A stretch of 63,992 bases of DNA, filler included, from an uncultured Acidimicrobiia bacterium (GTDB taxonomy: Bacteria; Actinomycetota; Acidimicrobiia; Spongiisociales; JAOTWH01): assembly GCA_964347285.1 (NCBI GenBank). It is 5 parts of 5 records of this genome, joined end to end, with 100 filler letters (N's around TTAATTAATTAA, not from the genome) between each part and the next. Parts side by side here need not be neighbours in the genome. Positions count along the whole stretch, not along the records: positions 26,352 to 39,029 come from CAYFYE010000072.1; 4 more parts are not named here. One strand, given 5' to 3'. A program made the translations under genes and the position numbers. The notes beneath the pieces were generated by a model. The model saw nothing but the letters and a program-made list of their open reading frames with translations, did not search any database and was not told the origin of the DNA. Within the stretch, counting starts at the first letter, position 1, and every line of letters begins with the position of its first letter. Shown here piece by piece: positions 27,633 through 37,999 of this stretch.

Positions 27633-27992
27633 TCACTCCTCCCGCCGCCGGTGAATGGTCACGCCGACCGAGCGGGCAAAGCGCAGCGCGCCGGGCTTTT
27701 CGACCGTCAGCTCGATTTCGTCGATGCGTTCGTCGGCGGCAAAGCACACCCCGGCCAGCTCGGCCGCCAGCCGCTCCACCAGCATCGGCTCCCCCCCTTC
27801 GACGTGGGCGATCATGGCCTTGGTCACCGTCCGGTAGTTGACGGCGTCGTCGATGGAGTCGCTGACGGCCGCCTTGCGGGTGTCCGTCCACAGCGTGGCA
27901 TTGATGAGGATGTTCTGACGGTTGGCCCGCTCGTCCGGCTTGATGCCGACGATTCCTCGCACCAGGAGGTCGCGTATGTGGATCTGGTCCAT
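27633..27992 (-). CDS. folB: Dihydroneopterin aldolase/epimerase (FolB/FolX family)
   Basis: [23 protein letters not shown] and VEKPGA. Confidence 0.85.
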   Translation of the reverse strand: MDQIHIRDLLVRGIVGIKPDERANRQNILINATLWTDTRKAAVSDSIDDAVNYRTVTKAMIAHVEGGEPMLVERLAAELAGVCFAADERIDEIELTVEKPGALRFARSVGVTIHRRREE

Positions 27993-28020
27993 GGGCCGCC
28001 GATGCTACCGGCGCGTGGAT

Positions 28021-28752
28021 TTAGCTGAGGTGGGCGCCCCCATCGACGCGCACGATCTCGCCGGTGATGAAGTCGCCGGCGATCAGCGCGACGACGGCCT
28101 TGCCCACCTCTTCGACCGACCCGACACGCCGCAGCGGCAAGCCTCCGGCCAGCCGCTTCAAGTAGGCGGAGTCCTCGCCCGGGGGAGGGAGGATGGCGCC
28201 CAGGGCAACCGCGTTGACTCGGATGTGTGGCGCCAGAGCCACTGCGGCCGCCCTCGTGAAGGCATCGACCGCCCCCTTGGCAACCGAGTAGCTGAAGTGG
28301 TCCGGGTAGGGGCGAGCAGTGCGCCAATCGGTGACGTTGACCACGGCCCCGTCGGCTCCTTCGGGCAGCGATCGGGCGAAAGCCTGGGTGAGGAACACCG
28401 GGCTGGTGAGGGTGAGGCGAATGCTCGCCTCCCAGTCGCCCAGCGTCACTTCCTCGAGGGTGTCGGTGGGAAACCCGGAGGCGCTGTTGACGAGGATGCG
28501 AACATTGCCGAGCGCCCGGGTCGCGGCATCGACCAAGCCTCGGGCGGCAGCCGGATCGGAGAGATCGGCTGAGCCGATGACTGCTCGCACTCCGTGACCT
28601 TCGGCCTGGGCGGCGGTGGCCTCGGCAGCCTCGGATGATTTCCCGTAGTGGATGAAGACGTCGGCGCCGGCACCGGCCAGGGCAAGAACGATCCCCTTCC
28701 CGACCCGGTGGGCACCGCCGGTGACGAGCGCGCCAACCTCCCTCAGGTCCAT
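28021..28752 (-). CDS. SDR pteridine reductase (FolM/PTR1-like)
   Basis: TGGAHRVG (Arg in the Gly-rich loop), IHY, NSAS, VNVTD, YSVAK and VDGG; first gene of the fol operon. Confidence 0.82.
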   Translation of the reverse strand: MDLREVGALVTGGAHRVGKGIVLALAGAGADVFIHYGKSSEAAEATAAQAEGHGVRAVIGSADLSDPAAARGLVDAATRALGNVRILVNSASGFPTDTLEEVTLGDWEASIRLTLTSPVFLTQAFARSLPEGADGAVVNVTDWRTARPYPDHFSYSVAKGAVDAFTRAAAVALAPHIRVNAVALGAILPPPGEDSAYLKRLAGGLPLRRVGSVEEVGKAVVALIAGDFITGEIVRVDGGAHLS

Positions 28753-28852
28753 GGCCGGCAGGCTACCCGGGTACCGCCCGGCTCATCGAAAGCGCGACTA
28801 TCTCCTTTGGCCCCGCCGATTGGGCCCGAGAGGGACCGACTACCCTCGGGCC

Positions 28853-29560
28853 GTGGCCCAAAACCCCGATCCCAAGTACGGCCGCTGGATCCTGCCGGTG
28901 GTCATCGCCGGCATGGTCGGGGCGACGTGGATCTTCGTGAGCAGCCTGGAGCCGGGGACCGTTCCCGACTCGACGGCCACCACCGCGGCGAGCGAGGACA
29001 CCATCGCGACTACGACCGTGCCGGAAACCACCACGACCACACTGGCGCCGGAAGTGGCCGCCTACCTCGCCCAGCTCGACGCGCTGGCACTGGAAGCCGA
29101 GGGTTTACTGGAGCGGGCCCGCGACATCAACAACGCTTGGGATCAGGGCGAAACCAGCTTTCAAGACACGGCCGATGCCCTCCGGACCTTGGTGGACGAC
29201 ACCGAAGCCTTCGACGCGCGAGTCCAGGAGTCGGCCACGGTGCCGGAACTGGAGGCTTCCCATCTGCTGCTGAACGACGCCGCCGCCTCCATGGTGGTGG
29301 CCGCCCAGGGCATGGTCGACGGGTTGCTCGATCCCGACACCGCCGAGGGGCGCATCCAGGCGTTCGCCGACTACCAGGCGGCCACCGACGCGTTCATGGC
29401 CGGCGTTCAGGCGGTCAAGCAGCGGGCCGGCGTGGCCTCCGAACTGGTCACCGAGACCCCACCCACCGTTCCCGATACCGAACCCACGGTGCCCGAAGAG
29501 GAGCCCACCGGCGACGAGAGCGGTACGACGATCGACACCACGCCGGCCCCCGAGGACTAG
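28853..29560 (+). CDS. Hypothetical membrane-anchored protein (Thr-rich linker, helical domain)
   Basis: One N-terminal TM segment, Thr-rich stretches; TACCCT -10 box 6 nt before the GTG. Confidence 0.7.
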   Translation: MAQNPDPKYGRWILPVVIAGMVGATWIFVSSLEPGTVPDSTATTAASEDTIATTTVPETTTTTLAPEVAAYLAQLDALALEAEGLLERARDINNAWDQGETSFQDTADALRTLVDDTEAFDARVQESATVPELEASHLLLNDAAASMVVAAQGMVDGLLDPDTAEGRIQAFADYQAATDAFMAGVQAVKQRAGVASELVTETPPTVPDTEPTVPEEEPTGDESGTTIDTTPAPED

Positions 29561-29720
29561 CCACCGGTCTCGGCCGGGGGCCGTACTCCACGAACCGCCA
29601 CCGGCCGCACTGTCCGGCCACCGCGATCGGCTGTCCGGCCCTCGGCGCCGGTGCCGGCGCCCACGCTCACCACGCGACGTTCGTGCGCCGGTGAGGTCGC
29701 TCCGTGATTCGGGGCCGGCC

Positions 29721-31148
29721 CTAGATGTCGTAGTACAGGTAGAACTCGAAGGGGTGGGGCCGGAGCCGCATGGCGTTCACCTCGTGCTGTCGCTTGTAGT
29801 CGAGCCACGCCTCGATGAGCCCCTCGGTGAACACGTCTCCGATGAGGAGGAACTTGTGGTCCTCCTCGAGGCCCACCAGCGACTCCTCGAGGCTCCCCGG
29901 CACCGTCGGGAGTCCGGCCAGTTCTTCGGGGGGAAGGTCGTAGATGTCTTTGTCCACCGGCTTGGGCGGCTCGATCTGGTTTTGGATCCCGTCCAACCCG
30001 GCCAGCAGCATCGCCGAGAACGCCAGGTAGGGGTTGCAGGAAGGGTCGGGACAGCGGAATTCGATGCGCTTGGTGGCGGGCTTCTTGGAGTACACCGGCA
30101 CCCGCACCGCCGCGGAACGATTGCGCTGGCTGTACACCAGGTTGACCGGAGCCTCATAGCCGGGGACCAATCGCCGGTAGCTGTTGGTGGTGGGGGCGGC
30201 AAAGGCGAGGACGGCCGGGGCGTGCTTGAGGATCCCGCCTATGTAATAGCGGGCCGTGTCCGAGAGCCCGGCATAGCCGCCTTCGTCGTAGAAGAGCGGC
30301 TGGTCGCCCTTCCACAGGCTCTGGTGGGTGTGCATCCCCGAACCGTTGTCCTCGAAGATCGGCTTCGGCATGAACGTGGCCGTCTTCCCGGCCCGCCAGG
30401 CGACGTTCTTGACCACGTACTTGTAGAGGGTCACGTTGTCGGCCTGCCGCAGCAGGGTCCCGTAGCGGATGTCGATCTCGGCTTGCCCGGCGGTGCCCAC
30501 CTCGTGGTGATGCACCTCGGTTTCGATGCCGAGCGAGGCGAGGACGTGGACCATCTCGGACCTCAGGTCCTGATAGTGGTCGGTGGGGGGGACGGGGAAG
30601 TAGCCCTCCTTGTAGCGGGGCTTGTAGGCCAGGTTGCCGCCCGGCTCGTCGGCCCCGGTGTTCCAGGCCCCCTCTATCGAGTCCATCTCGTAGAAGGCGG
30701 AGAACTGGTTCTGATCGAACCGGGCCGAGTCGAAGATGTAGAACTCGCACTCCGGACCCCAGTAGCTGGTATCGGCGATTCCGGTGCCGACCAGGTAGGA
30801 CTCGGCTTTGCGAGCGACGTAGCGAGGGTCCTTGTCGTAGGGCTGGCCGGTGACGGGGTCCTTGACGAAGCAGTAGAGGATCAGGGTCTTGTGGTCCAGG
30901 AAGGGATCGGCGACGGCGCTGGCCGGGTCCGGCACCAACACCATGTCGGACTCCTGGATCTCCTGGAAGCCGCGAATCGAAGACCCATCGAAGCCCACAC
31001 CCTCATCGAAGGCGTCGGCGGTCAGTTCCGAAGCGGGAACGGTGAAGTGTTGGACCTGTCCGGGGAGGTCGCAGAAGCGGAAATCCACGAACTCGAATCC
31101 TTCGTCGGAGATCAGCTTGAGGACGTCGCTGGGGGTCTCGGGCGCCAT
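29721..31148 (-). CDS. glnA: Glutamine synthetase type I (GSI-beta)
   Basis: [42 protein letters not shown] and adenylylation site DIYDL; AAGGAG RBS. Confidence 0.97.
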   Translation of the reverse strand: MAPETPSDVLKLISDEGFEFVDFRFCDLPGQVQHFTVPASELTADAFDEGVGFDGSSIRGFQEIQESDMVLVPDPASAVADPFLDHKTLILYCFVKDPVTGQPYDKDPRYVARKAESYLVGTGIADTSYWGPECEFYIFDSARFDQNQFSAFYEMDSIEGAWNTGADEPGGNLAYKPRYKEGYFPVPPTDHYQDLRSEMVHVLASLGIETEVHHHEVGTAGQAEIDIRYGTLLRQADNVTLYKYVVKNVAWRAGKTATFMPKPIFEDNGSGMHTHQSLWKGDQPLFYDEGGYAGLSDTARYYIGGILKHAPAVLAFAAPTTNSYRRLVPGYEAPVNLVYSQRNRSAAVRVPVYSKKPATKRIEFRCPDPSCNPYLAFSAMLLAGLDGIQNQIEPPKPVDKDIYDLPPEELAGLPTVPGSLEESLVGLEEDHKFLLIGDVFTEGLIEAWLDYKRQHEVNAMRLRPHPFEFYLYYDI

Positions 31149-31199
31149 CGGTTCGGCTCCTTGTCGTCGGCTCCAATCGCACTCTTGTACATGTGGTCC

Positions 31200-31237
31200 T
31201 TTTCAGGGGGGTTGCAGGAATGTGAACGCTGTGTTTC
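31200..31237 (-). promoter_or_regulatory. GlnR-binding boxes between glnA and glnA2
   Basis: Minus strand GAAAC-n6-TTCAC-n6-GCAAC-n6-GAAAA with 11-bp phasing, resembling the gTnAc-n6-GaAAc consensus. Confidence 0.7.
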
Positions 31238-31292
31238 GGTTGACGGCGGAGGCCGGCTCATGGCGTACGATGGTCTCGGCTCGGAGGTCTCC

Positions 31293-32621
31293 ATGGAAAG
31301 ACAGGAAGAGTACGTGCTGCGGACGGTGGAGGAGCGGGGGATCCGCTTCATTCACCTCTGGTTCAGCGACGTCCTGGGATTTCTCAAGTCGTTTGCCATC
31401 ACTCCCGCCGAGCTGCAAACCGCCTTCGAAGAAGGGATGCAGTTCGACGGATCGGCCATCGACGGGTTCTCCCGCGTTCAAGAGGCCGACATGCTGGCGA
31501 TGCCCGATCCGACCACGTTCCAGATCCTCCCATGGCGATCGGCCGAAGACGGGGTGGCCCGCATGTTCTGCGACATCGTCACCCCCGACGGCCAGCCTTT
31601 CGAGGGCGATCCTCGTTGGGTCCTCAAGCGCAATCTGGAGCGGGCCGCCGAGCTGGGGTTCACCTTCTACGTGGGGCCCGAGATCGAGTATTTCTACTTC
31701 AGCGACGCCGGTCCCGAGCCCCAGCTCCTCGACCGGGGCAGCTATTTCGACCTGACCCCGCTCGACGTCGCCCAGGAGTACCGACGCCGAACCATCACGG
31801 TGCTGGAGCAGTTCGGCATCCCGGTCGAGTTCTCCCATCACGAGGTGGCCCCCAGCCAGCATGAGCTCGACCTGCGCTACACCGACGGCCTGACGATGGC
31901 CGACAACATCATGACCACCCGCCTCGCCGTCAAGGAGGTGGCCCTCGAGCACAACATCTACGCCACCTTCATGCCGAAGCCCCTGGCCGACCACGACGGC
32001 AGCGGCTTGCACCTTCACCTCTCGCTGTTCGAAGGCGATCAGAACGCCTTCTTCGAGGGAGGAGGAGAGTACGGCCTCTCCAAGGTGGCCCAGGCCTTCA
32101 CCGCCGGGCTGCTGCGCCACGCCGGTGAGATCACTGCGGTCACCAACCAGTGGGTCAACTCGTACAAGCGACTGGTGGCCGGGTTCGAGGCGCCGATCTA
32201 CATGACCTGGGCTCGCAACAACGAGTCGGCGCTGGTACGCGTGCCCTCCACCAAGAAGGGCAAGGCCTCGAGCACCCGCATCGAGTACCGATCGCCCGAT
32301 TCGGCCTGCAACCCCTACCTGGCCTTCTCGGTGATCCTGGCGGCCGGCCTCACCGGTATCGAACAGGGTTACGACCTGCCCCCCGAAACCACCAGCAACA
32401 TCTTCGACCTCACCCGTGAAGAGCGAGCCGCCGCCGGAGTGGGGCGCCTCCCGGCCACGCTGGCCGGGGCCCTCGACCGTATGGAGGAATCCGAGATGGT
32501 GGCGGCCGCCCTCGGCGAGCACGTCTTCGAGTGGTTCCTGCGCAACAAGCGCAAGGAGTGGGACCGCTATGAGCGGCATGTGTCCCGCTTCGAGCTCGAG
32601 GAGTATCTGCCGATTCTCTGA
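31293..32621 (+). CDS. glnA2: Glutamine synthetase family protein (GlnA2-like)
   Basis: QEEYVLRTVEERGIRFI.LWF.DVLGFLKS, FDGSAI, HHEVAP.Q.E, NQWVNSYKRL and EWFLRNKRKEW; GGAGG RBS. Confidence 0.9.
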   Translation: MERQEEYVLRTVEERGIRFIHLWFSDVLGFLKSFAITPAELQTAFEEGMQFDGSAIDGFSRVQEADMLAMPDPTTFQILPWRSAEDGVARMFCDIVTPDGQPFEGDPRWVLKRNLERAAELGFTFYVGPEIEYFYFSDAGPEPQLLDRGSYFDLTPLDVAQEYRRRTITVLEQFGIPVEFSHHEVAPSQHELDLRYTDGLTMADNIMTTRLAVKEVALEHNIYATFMPKPLADHDGSGLHLHLSLFEGDQNAFFEGGGEYGLSKVAQAFTAGLLRHAGEITAVTNQWVNSYKRLVAGFEAPIYMTWARNNESALVRVPSTKKGKASSTRIEYRSPDSACNPYLAFSVILAAGLTGIEQGYDLPPETTSNIFDLTREERAAAGVGRLPATLAGALDRMEESEMVAAALGEHVFEWFLRNKRKEWDRYERHVSRFELEEYLPIL

Positions 32622-33256
32622 TGTTTGCTGCCGTCTACCCCGCGGTGGTGTCGCCCGAGCTGACCGACGCACTCCGGGCCGCCGGAGTGCGGGCCGTACC
32701 CGTTCCGGACGTGGCCACGATGGAAGAGCTGGAGCCCGGTGAGGGGTGGTCGGTGGTGGTTGTAGAGGTAGGCAGAGCCGCCGGGGCCGCCTTCGCCCGT
32801 CGGGTGACCGGGGTGCTCGACCTGCCGGTCCTGGCCGTGGTCGGGTCTGTGGATGACCTGAGCGCGGATGGCGATTTCGATGACTTCGTAGTGGCTCCGC
32901 TCGACTCCGCCGAGCTGGCGATGCGGTTGGCTCGGCTGGCCCCCTCGGGCGGACCGGCCTCCGAAGAGGTCCTGCGCTTCAAAGACCTCGAGCTCAACCT
33001 GGCCACCTATCAGGCCATCGTCGGTGCCCGCCCCGTCGACCTGACCTACATGGAGTACGAGCTGCTCCGCTTTCTGGTCCAACATCCCGGCCGGGTGTGG
33101 AGCCGGGAGCAGCTGCTGTCCAGGGTGTGGGGCTACGACTACTTCGGCGGCTCCCGCACCGTCGACGTGCACGTCAGGCGGCTGCGGGCCAAGCTGGGCG
33201 AGGAGCGGGCCAGCTGGATCACGACGGTCCGCTCGGTGGGCTATCGGTTCGGATAG
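32621..33256 (+). CDS. glnR: OmpR-family regulator GlnR (atypical receiver domain)
   Basis: EYELL.FL.QHPGRV.SREQLL..VWGYDYFGGSRTVDVHVRRLRAKLG; TGATG-coupled to glnA2. Confidence 0.82.
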   Translation: MFAAVYPAVVSPELTDALRAAGVRAVPVPDVATMEELEPGEGWSVVVVEVGRAAGAAFARRVTGVLDLPVLAVVGSVDDLSADGDFDDFVVAPLDSAELAMRLARLAPSGGPASEEVLRFKDLELNLATYQAIVGARPVDLTYMEYELLRFLVQHPGRVWSREQLLSRVWGYDYFGGSRTVDVHVRRLRAKLGEERASWITTVRSVGYRFG

Positions 33257-33337
33257 TACGTCTGCCTGCTGGAGCCGTACACAGGATCGAGAGGCGATCG
33301 AACGCGGCTCCGATCGCTTGCCAGAATCCGCGGTGCA

Positions 33338-33952
33338 ATGGCCGAACTCTCGATCCGCCCCGGCCGGCCCACTGCTTCCGACGCGGCCGCCTTCGCCGAG
33401 CTGGCCGACATGGCCGCCGGAGGGTTGTTCGGGTCGCTGCTGGGGCGGCGAGCACTCGAGATCGTTGCCCGTGTCTACCGCCATCCGGCCAACGAGCTGA
33501 GCTTCGAGCAGACCCACTTCTGTGAGGAGGACGGATCCATTGCCGGGATGGTCAACGGGTACTTCGGCAGGCACGCCAAGGAGCTGCGGAGGGGCACGGC
33601 CCGATGGTTCGCCCGCCATGCCGGCTGGCGGCTGATCCGGGCCGCCGCGGTGGCCCTTCCCCGGGCCCGGGTATTTGCCTTCATGGACCGCCTGGCCCCC
33701 GACGCCTATTACATCCAGGAGCTGGCGGTGTTTCCCGACCGCCGCGGCCAAGGTCTGGGCAGGGTGCTGCTGGAGAGCGTCGAAGAGACCGCTCGGGAAG
33801 CCGGCGCCGCCTCGCTCGAGCTCGATGTGGAGACCGGGAACGACGTAGCGATCGCCCTGTATGAAGGCTTCGGCTTCCAGGCGGCCGCCACCTCGCCCAA
33901 AGCTCTGCTGGGGAACGTCCAGGTGCTGCGGATGGTGAAACATCTCGCCTGA
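33338..33952 (+). CDS. GNAT N-acetyltransferase
   Basis: LAVFPDRRGQGLG and N..AIALYEGFGF. Confidence 0.88.
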   Translation: MAELSIRPGRPTASDAAAFAELADMAAGGLFGSLLGRRALEIVARVYRHPANELSFEQTHFCEEDGSIAGMVNGYFGRHAKELRRGTARWFARHAGWRLIRAAAVALPRARVFAFMDRLAPDAYYIQELAVFPDRRGQGLGRVLLESVEETAREAGAASLELDVETGNDVAIALYEGFGFQAAATSPKALLGNVQVLRMVKHLA

Positions 33953-33997
33953 GGGTGGGGCCGGTAGCATTTCCGGACCCGACAAAGGGGGCCGACG

Positions 33998-34549
33998 ATC
34001 AGGATCATTTCTCTCGTACTGGCCTGCGTCCTCCTCGTTGCTGCCTGCGGTGACGGCGGGGGCGGCTCGGAAGCGGAAGACAGGCTGGCCGAATTGATCA
34101 AGGCTTCGATTCTCGAAGACGCAGCACCCGACGGGCCGTTCGGGGAGCAGGAAGCAGAGTGCGTCGGCACCGAGGCCGTATCGGAGTTCGGCGTCGACGG
34201 TTTGTTGGAGCTGGGTTTCAACGCCGACACGGGAGATGCCCCCGAGAACGTGCTGGAGCAAGCGACGCCCGAGGAGCGCGAGAAGGTCATCGACGTGACC
34301 TTGAGGTGCATCGACATCACCGAGGTGTTCGTCAGCGAGCTGACCGCCGGCGGCGAGATCAGCGAGGAATCGGCGGAGTGCCTCGCCGATGGGATCACCG
34401 GAGCCGACTTCTTCCGACCGTTGCTGGCGAGCAGCCTGGCCGGCGCGGAGTTCTCGCTCGAGGACGACCCGGAGGCGGGCGAAGCCCTCTTCGGGCTGGT
34501 GATCGAGTGCCTGAGTGTCGAGGAGCTGGCCCGTCTGGGAGACTCGTGA
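33998..34549 (+). CDS. Hypothetical lipoprotein with two AEC-containing repeats; apparent ATC start
   Basis: Signal (M)RIISLVLACVLLVAAC; AAAGGGGG RBS 6 nt upstream; EAECV...RC and SAECL...EC repeats. Confidence 0.65.
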   Translation: MRIISLVLACVLLVAACGDGGGGSEAEDRLAELIKASILEDAAPDGPFGEQEAECVGTEAVSEFGVDGLLELGFNADTGDAPENVLEQATPEEREKVIDVTLRCIDITEVFVSELTAGGEISEESAECLADGITGADFFRPLLASSLAGAEFSLEDDPEAGEALFGLVIECLSVEELARLGDS

Positions 34550-34628
34550 GGGGACCTGCCCGCCGTCAACACTCGGTCGGGCGATCGAGTCGGCGGCGAA
34601 CCAGACCTGATCTCGCGGCGGGGCGGTT

Positions 34629-35054
34629 GTGATCCGTCCGACGACGAAAGGCGATGTCGCCGCACTGACCGGGCTGTGCCGCCAGCTCGGCTATGAGGTC
34701 GCCGAGCACGACGTCGCCGCCCGGCTGTCCCAGATTGCGGACCGCGACGATCACCTGGTCCTGATCGCCGAGGAGGGGGTGGTGGTGGCGTTCGTGCACG
34801 CCTACCAGTCGGTTCTCCTCGAGTCTTCTCCTGGGGTGGAAGTGGGCGGTTTGGTGGTTTCCGAGCCGGCCCGGCGCATCGGCCTGGGGAGCGCCCTAAT
34901 GACGGAGGTGGAGCGGTGGGCGTTCGAGGTCGGTGCCCATGAGGTCCGGTTCCGCTCGAACGTCACCCGCAAGGGAGCCCATCGCTTCTATCGGGCCCTC
35001 GGCTACCAGCGCACCAAGAAGTCGTTCACGTTCGTCAAGCGACTCGAAGGCTGA
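34629..35054 (+). CDS. GNAT N-acetyltransferase (PhnO-like)
   Basis: QLGY, LVV...RRIGLG and AHRFYRALGY. Confidence 0.88.
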   Translation: MIRPTTKGDVAALTGLCRQLGYEVAEHDVAARLSQIADRDDHLVLIAEEGVVVAFVHAYQSVLLESSPGVEVGGLVVSEPARRIGLGSALMTEVERWAFEVGAHEVRFRSNVTRKGAHRFYRALGYQRTKKSFTFVKRLEG

Positions 35055-35102
35055 GGGGTCGAGGATCCGGCGAGGCTGGTCGGAACCCGGAGCCGCTCTC
35101 AA

Positions 35103-35260
35103 CGCGGCGGCAGCAGGCGAGGCGAGCGCCCGTTACCCACCCAACGGCCTGAGCGTTGCGCCGGCTCCGGCAGGGATACGGGGTTGGGTCCAGGCGAGGC
35201 CTGCGGCCGAGCCCCGATGCCGTTCGGCACCGCGGCGGCAGCAGGCGAGGCGAGCGCCCG
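35103..35260. repeat. Intergenic 30-bp exact direct repeat (two copies, REP-like)
   Basis: CGCGGCGGCAGCAGGCGAGGCGAGCGCCCG at 35103-35132 and 35231-35260, each followed by yTACC. Confidence 0.85.
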
Positions 35261-35314
35261 CTACCGGCGAGACGGTGTCGGCGCAGCGCTCGCCGAGCAA
35301 AGGTATAGATCCCC

Positions 35315-36934
35315 CTACCCGAACTCGATCCCCTGGGCTAGCGGCAACTCGTCGCTCCAGTTGATGGTTACCGTCTGGCGCCGCATGTAGGCCTTCCAGG
35401 CGTCGGAGCCGGCTTCCCGGCCGCCCCCGGTCTCTTTCTCTCCGCCGAAGGCACCGCCGATCTCGGCGCCCGAGGTGCCGATGTTGACGTTGGCAATGCC
35501 GCAGTCGGAGCCGGTGGCGGCGAGAAAGCGCTCGGCGGAGCGGACGTTCGAAGTGAAGATGGCCGACGGAGGCATCTACGATCAGGTCGGAAGCGGGTTT
35601 CACCGCTACGCCACGGACAATCGATGGCTCGTACCGCATTTTGAAAAAATGCTNNNNNNNNNNGACAGGCCCTCGCGCACTTCGTTCTGGACATCAATCG
35701 CCTCGAAGACGTCGTCGACCTCGATGATGTAGAGGATGGGAGCGAAGGTCTCCTCCCCGACGATCGGGGCGTCCCTGGAGATCTTGATGATGGTCGGCTC
35801 GACGAAGTAGCCGTCGAGGCCCTCCACCTCGATCGGGCCCCCTCCCGTCAGCACCTCGCCGCCCTGTTCCCGGGCGATGCCGACCGCCGCCACCATGTTG
35901 TCCACGGCCCGGCGATTGATCAGGGGACCCATGACCGTCGACGGGTCGAGGGGATCACCGAGGCGCACCTGCTGATAGGCATCGACGAGGCGCTTGCTGA
36001 TGTCGCCGGTGATAGTGCGCTGTGTGATGAGGCGCCGGGTCGTCGTGCACCGTTGACCGGAGGTCCCCACCGCCCCGAAGAGGACGGCCCGCGTCGTCAG
36101 GTCGAGGTCGGCATCGTCGAGGACGACGATGGCGTTGTTGCCGCCCAGCTCGAGCAGCGAGCGCCCCAGGCGCCGGGCCACCGCCGTGCCCACCTTCTCG
36201 CCCATGCCGCAGGACCCGGTAGCCGAGACGAGCGGGATGCGCCGGTCGGTGATGAGCGTGTCGCCGACTTCGGATCCCGAGCCGACGACCAGGTTGAACA
36301 CTCCCTCGAAGCCGGTGCCTTCCATGACCCGGTGGCAGACGTTCTGCACCGCGATGGCGCACAGCGGCACCTGCGACGAGGGCTTCCAGATCATCGTGTC
36401 ACCGCAGACGGCGGCAATGAAGGCGTTCCACGACCACACCGCCACCGGGAAGTTGAACGCGGTGATGACGCCGATCGGCCCGAGCGGGTGCCACTGCTCG
36501 TACATGCGGTGGCTGGGGCGTTCGGAGGCCATCGTGAGCCCGTAGAGCTGGCGGGAGAGCCCCACGGCGAAGTCGGCGATGTCGATCATCTCCTGGACCT
36601 CGCCTTCCCCCTCGGCCTGGATCTTGCCCATCTCCATGGCCACCAGGGCTCCCAGCGGCTCCTTGACCTCGCGCAAGGCATCGGCGATCAGACGCACGTA
36701 CTCCCCCCTCTTGGGGGCGGGGAGCATGCGCCACTCCCGAAACACCTTCTCGGCTTCGGCTACCACCTGCTCGTAGTCGTCGGCCGAGGCGCGTCGCACG
36801 GTAGCGATGGTCTCGGCGGTGGCCGGGTTCTCGGAACCGAGCTCGTCGCCCCGTCCGGTCAGCCAGCCCCCGGCGTACACACCCGAGTTGGCGTCGGAGA
36901 GGCCGAGCGCGGAGAAGATCTCGTTACGGGTCAT
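35315..36934 (-). CDS. Aldehyde dehydrogenase family 7 (aminoadipate-semialdehyde dehydrogenase-like), interrupted by a mis-assembled insert
   Basis: [42 protein letters not shown] and [14 protein letters not shown]; removing 35568-35663 restores GLSSAIF. Confidence 0.9.
35568..35663 (+). other. Foreign YyaL/DUF255-like coding fragment plus 10 N (probable assembly chimera)
   Basis: Plus strand reads [28 protein letters not shown]. Confidence 0.8.
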
Positions 36935-37114
36935 CGTTCCTCCTCTCGTGGTGCGAAAGCTAGTGGCCCGGCTGTGGGGGGGCCGGCGACGAACCTCGGC
37001 ACTGCCGGAGAAGGACGGGCCGCCGTCGGCGATTGGGACCATCGGCAACCGGGGGCGGTAGGTCGGCCCTGGTCGGGTGGGGTCCCGGAGGGCACCCTGG
37101 GGATGGGTGGCCCG

Positions 37115-37995
<881 letters not shown>

Positions 37996-37999
<4 letters not shown>

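Noticed and set aside
29691..31292. Apparent 976-aa glutamine synthetase fusion
   Set aside because: The first 534 codons are the antisense of glnA and the spacer. The real start is ATG 31293 with a GGAGG RBS.
35103..35260. CRISPR array
   Set aside because: Only two repeats, a 98-nt gap, and no cas genes or leader.
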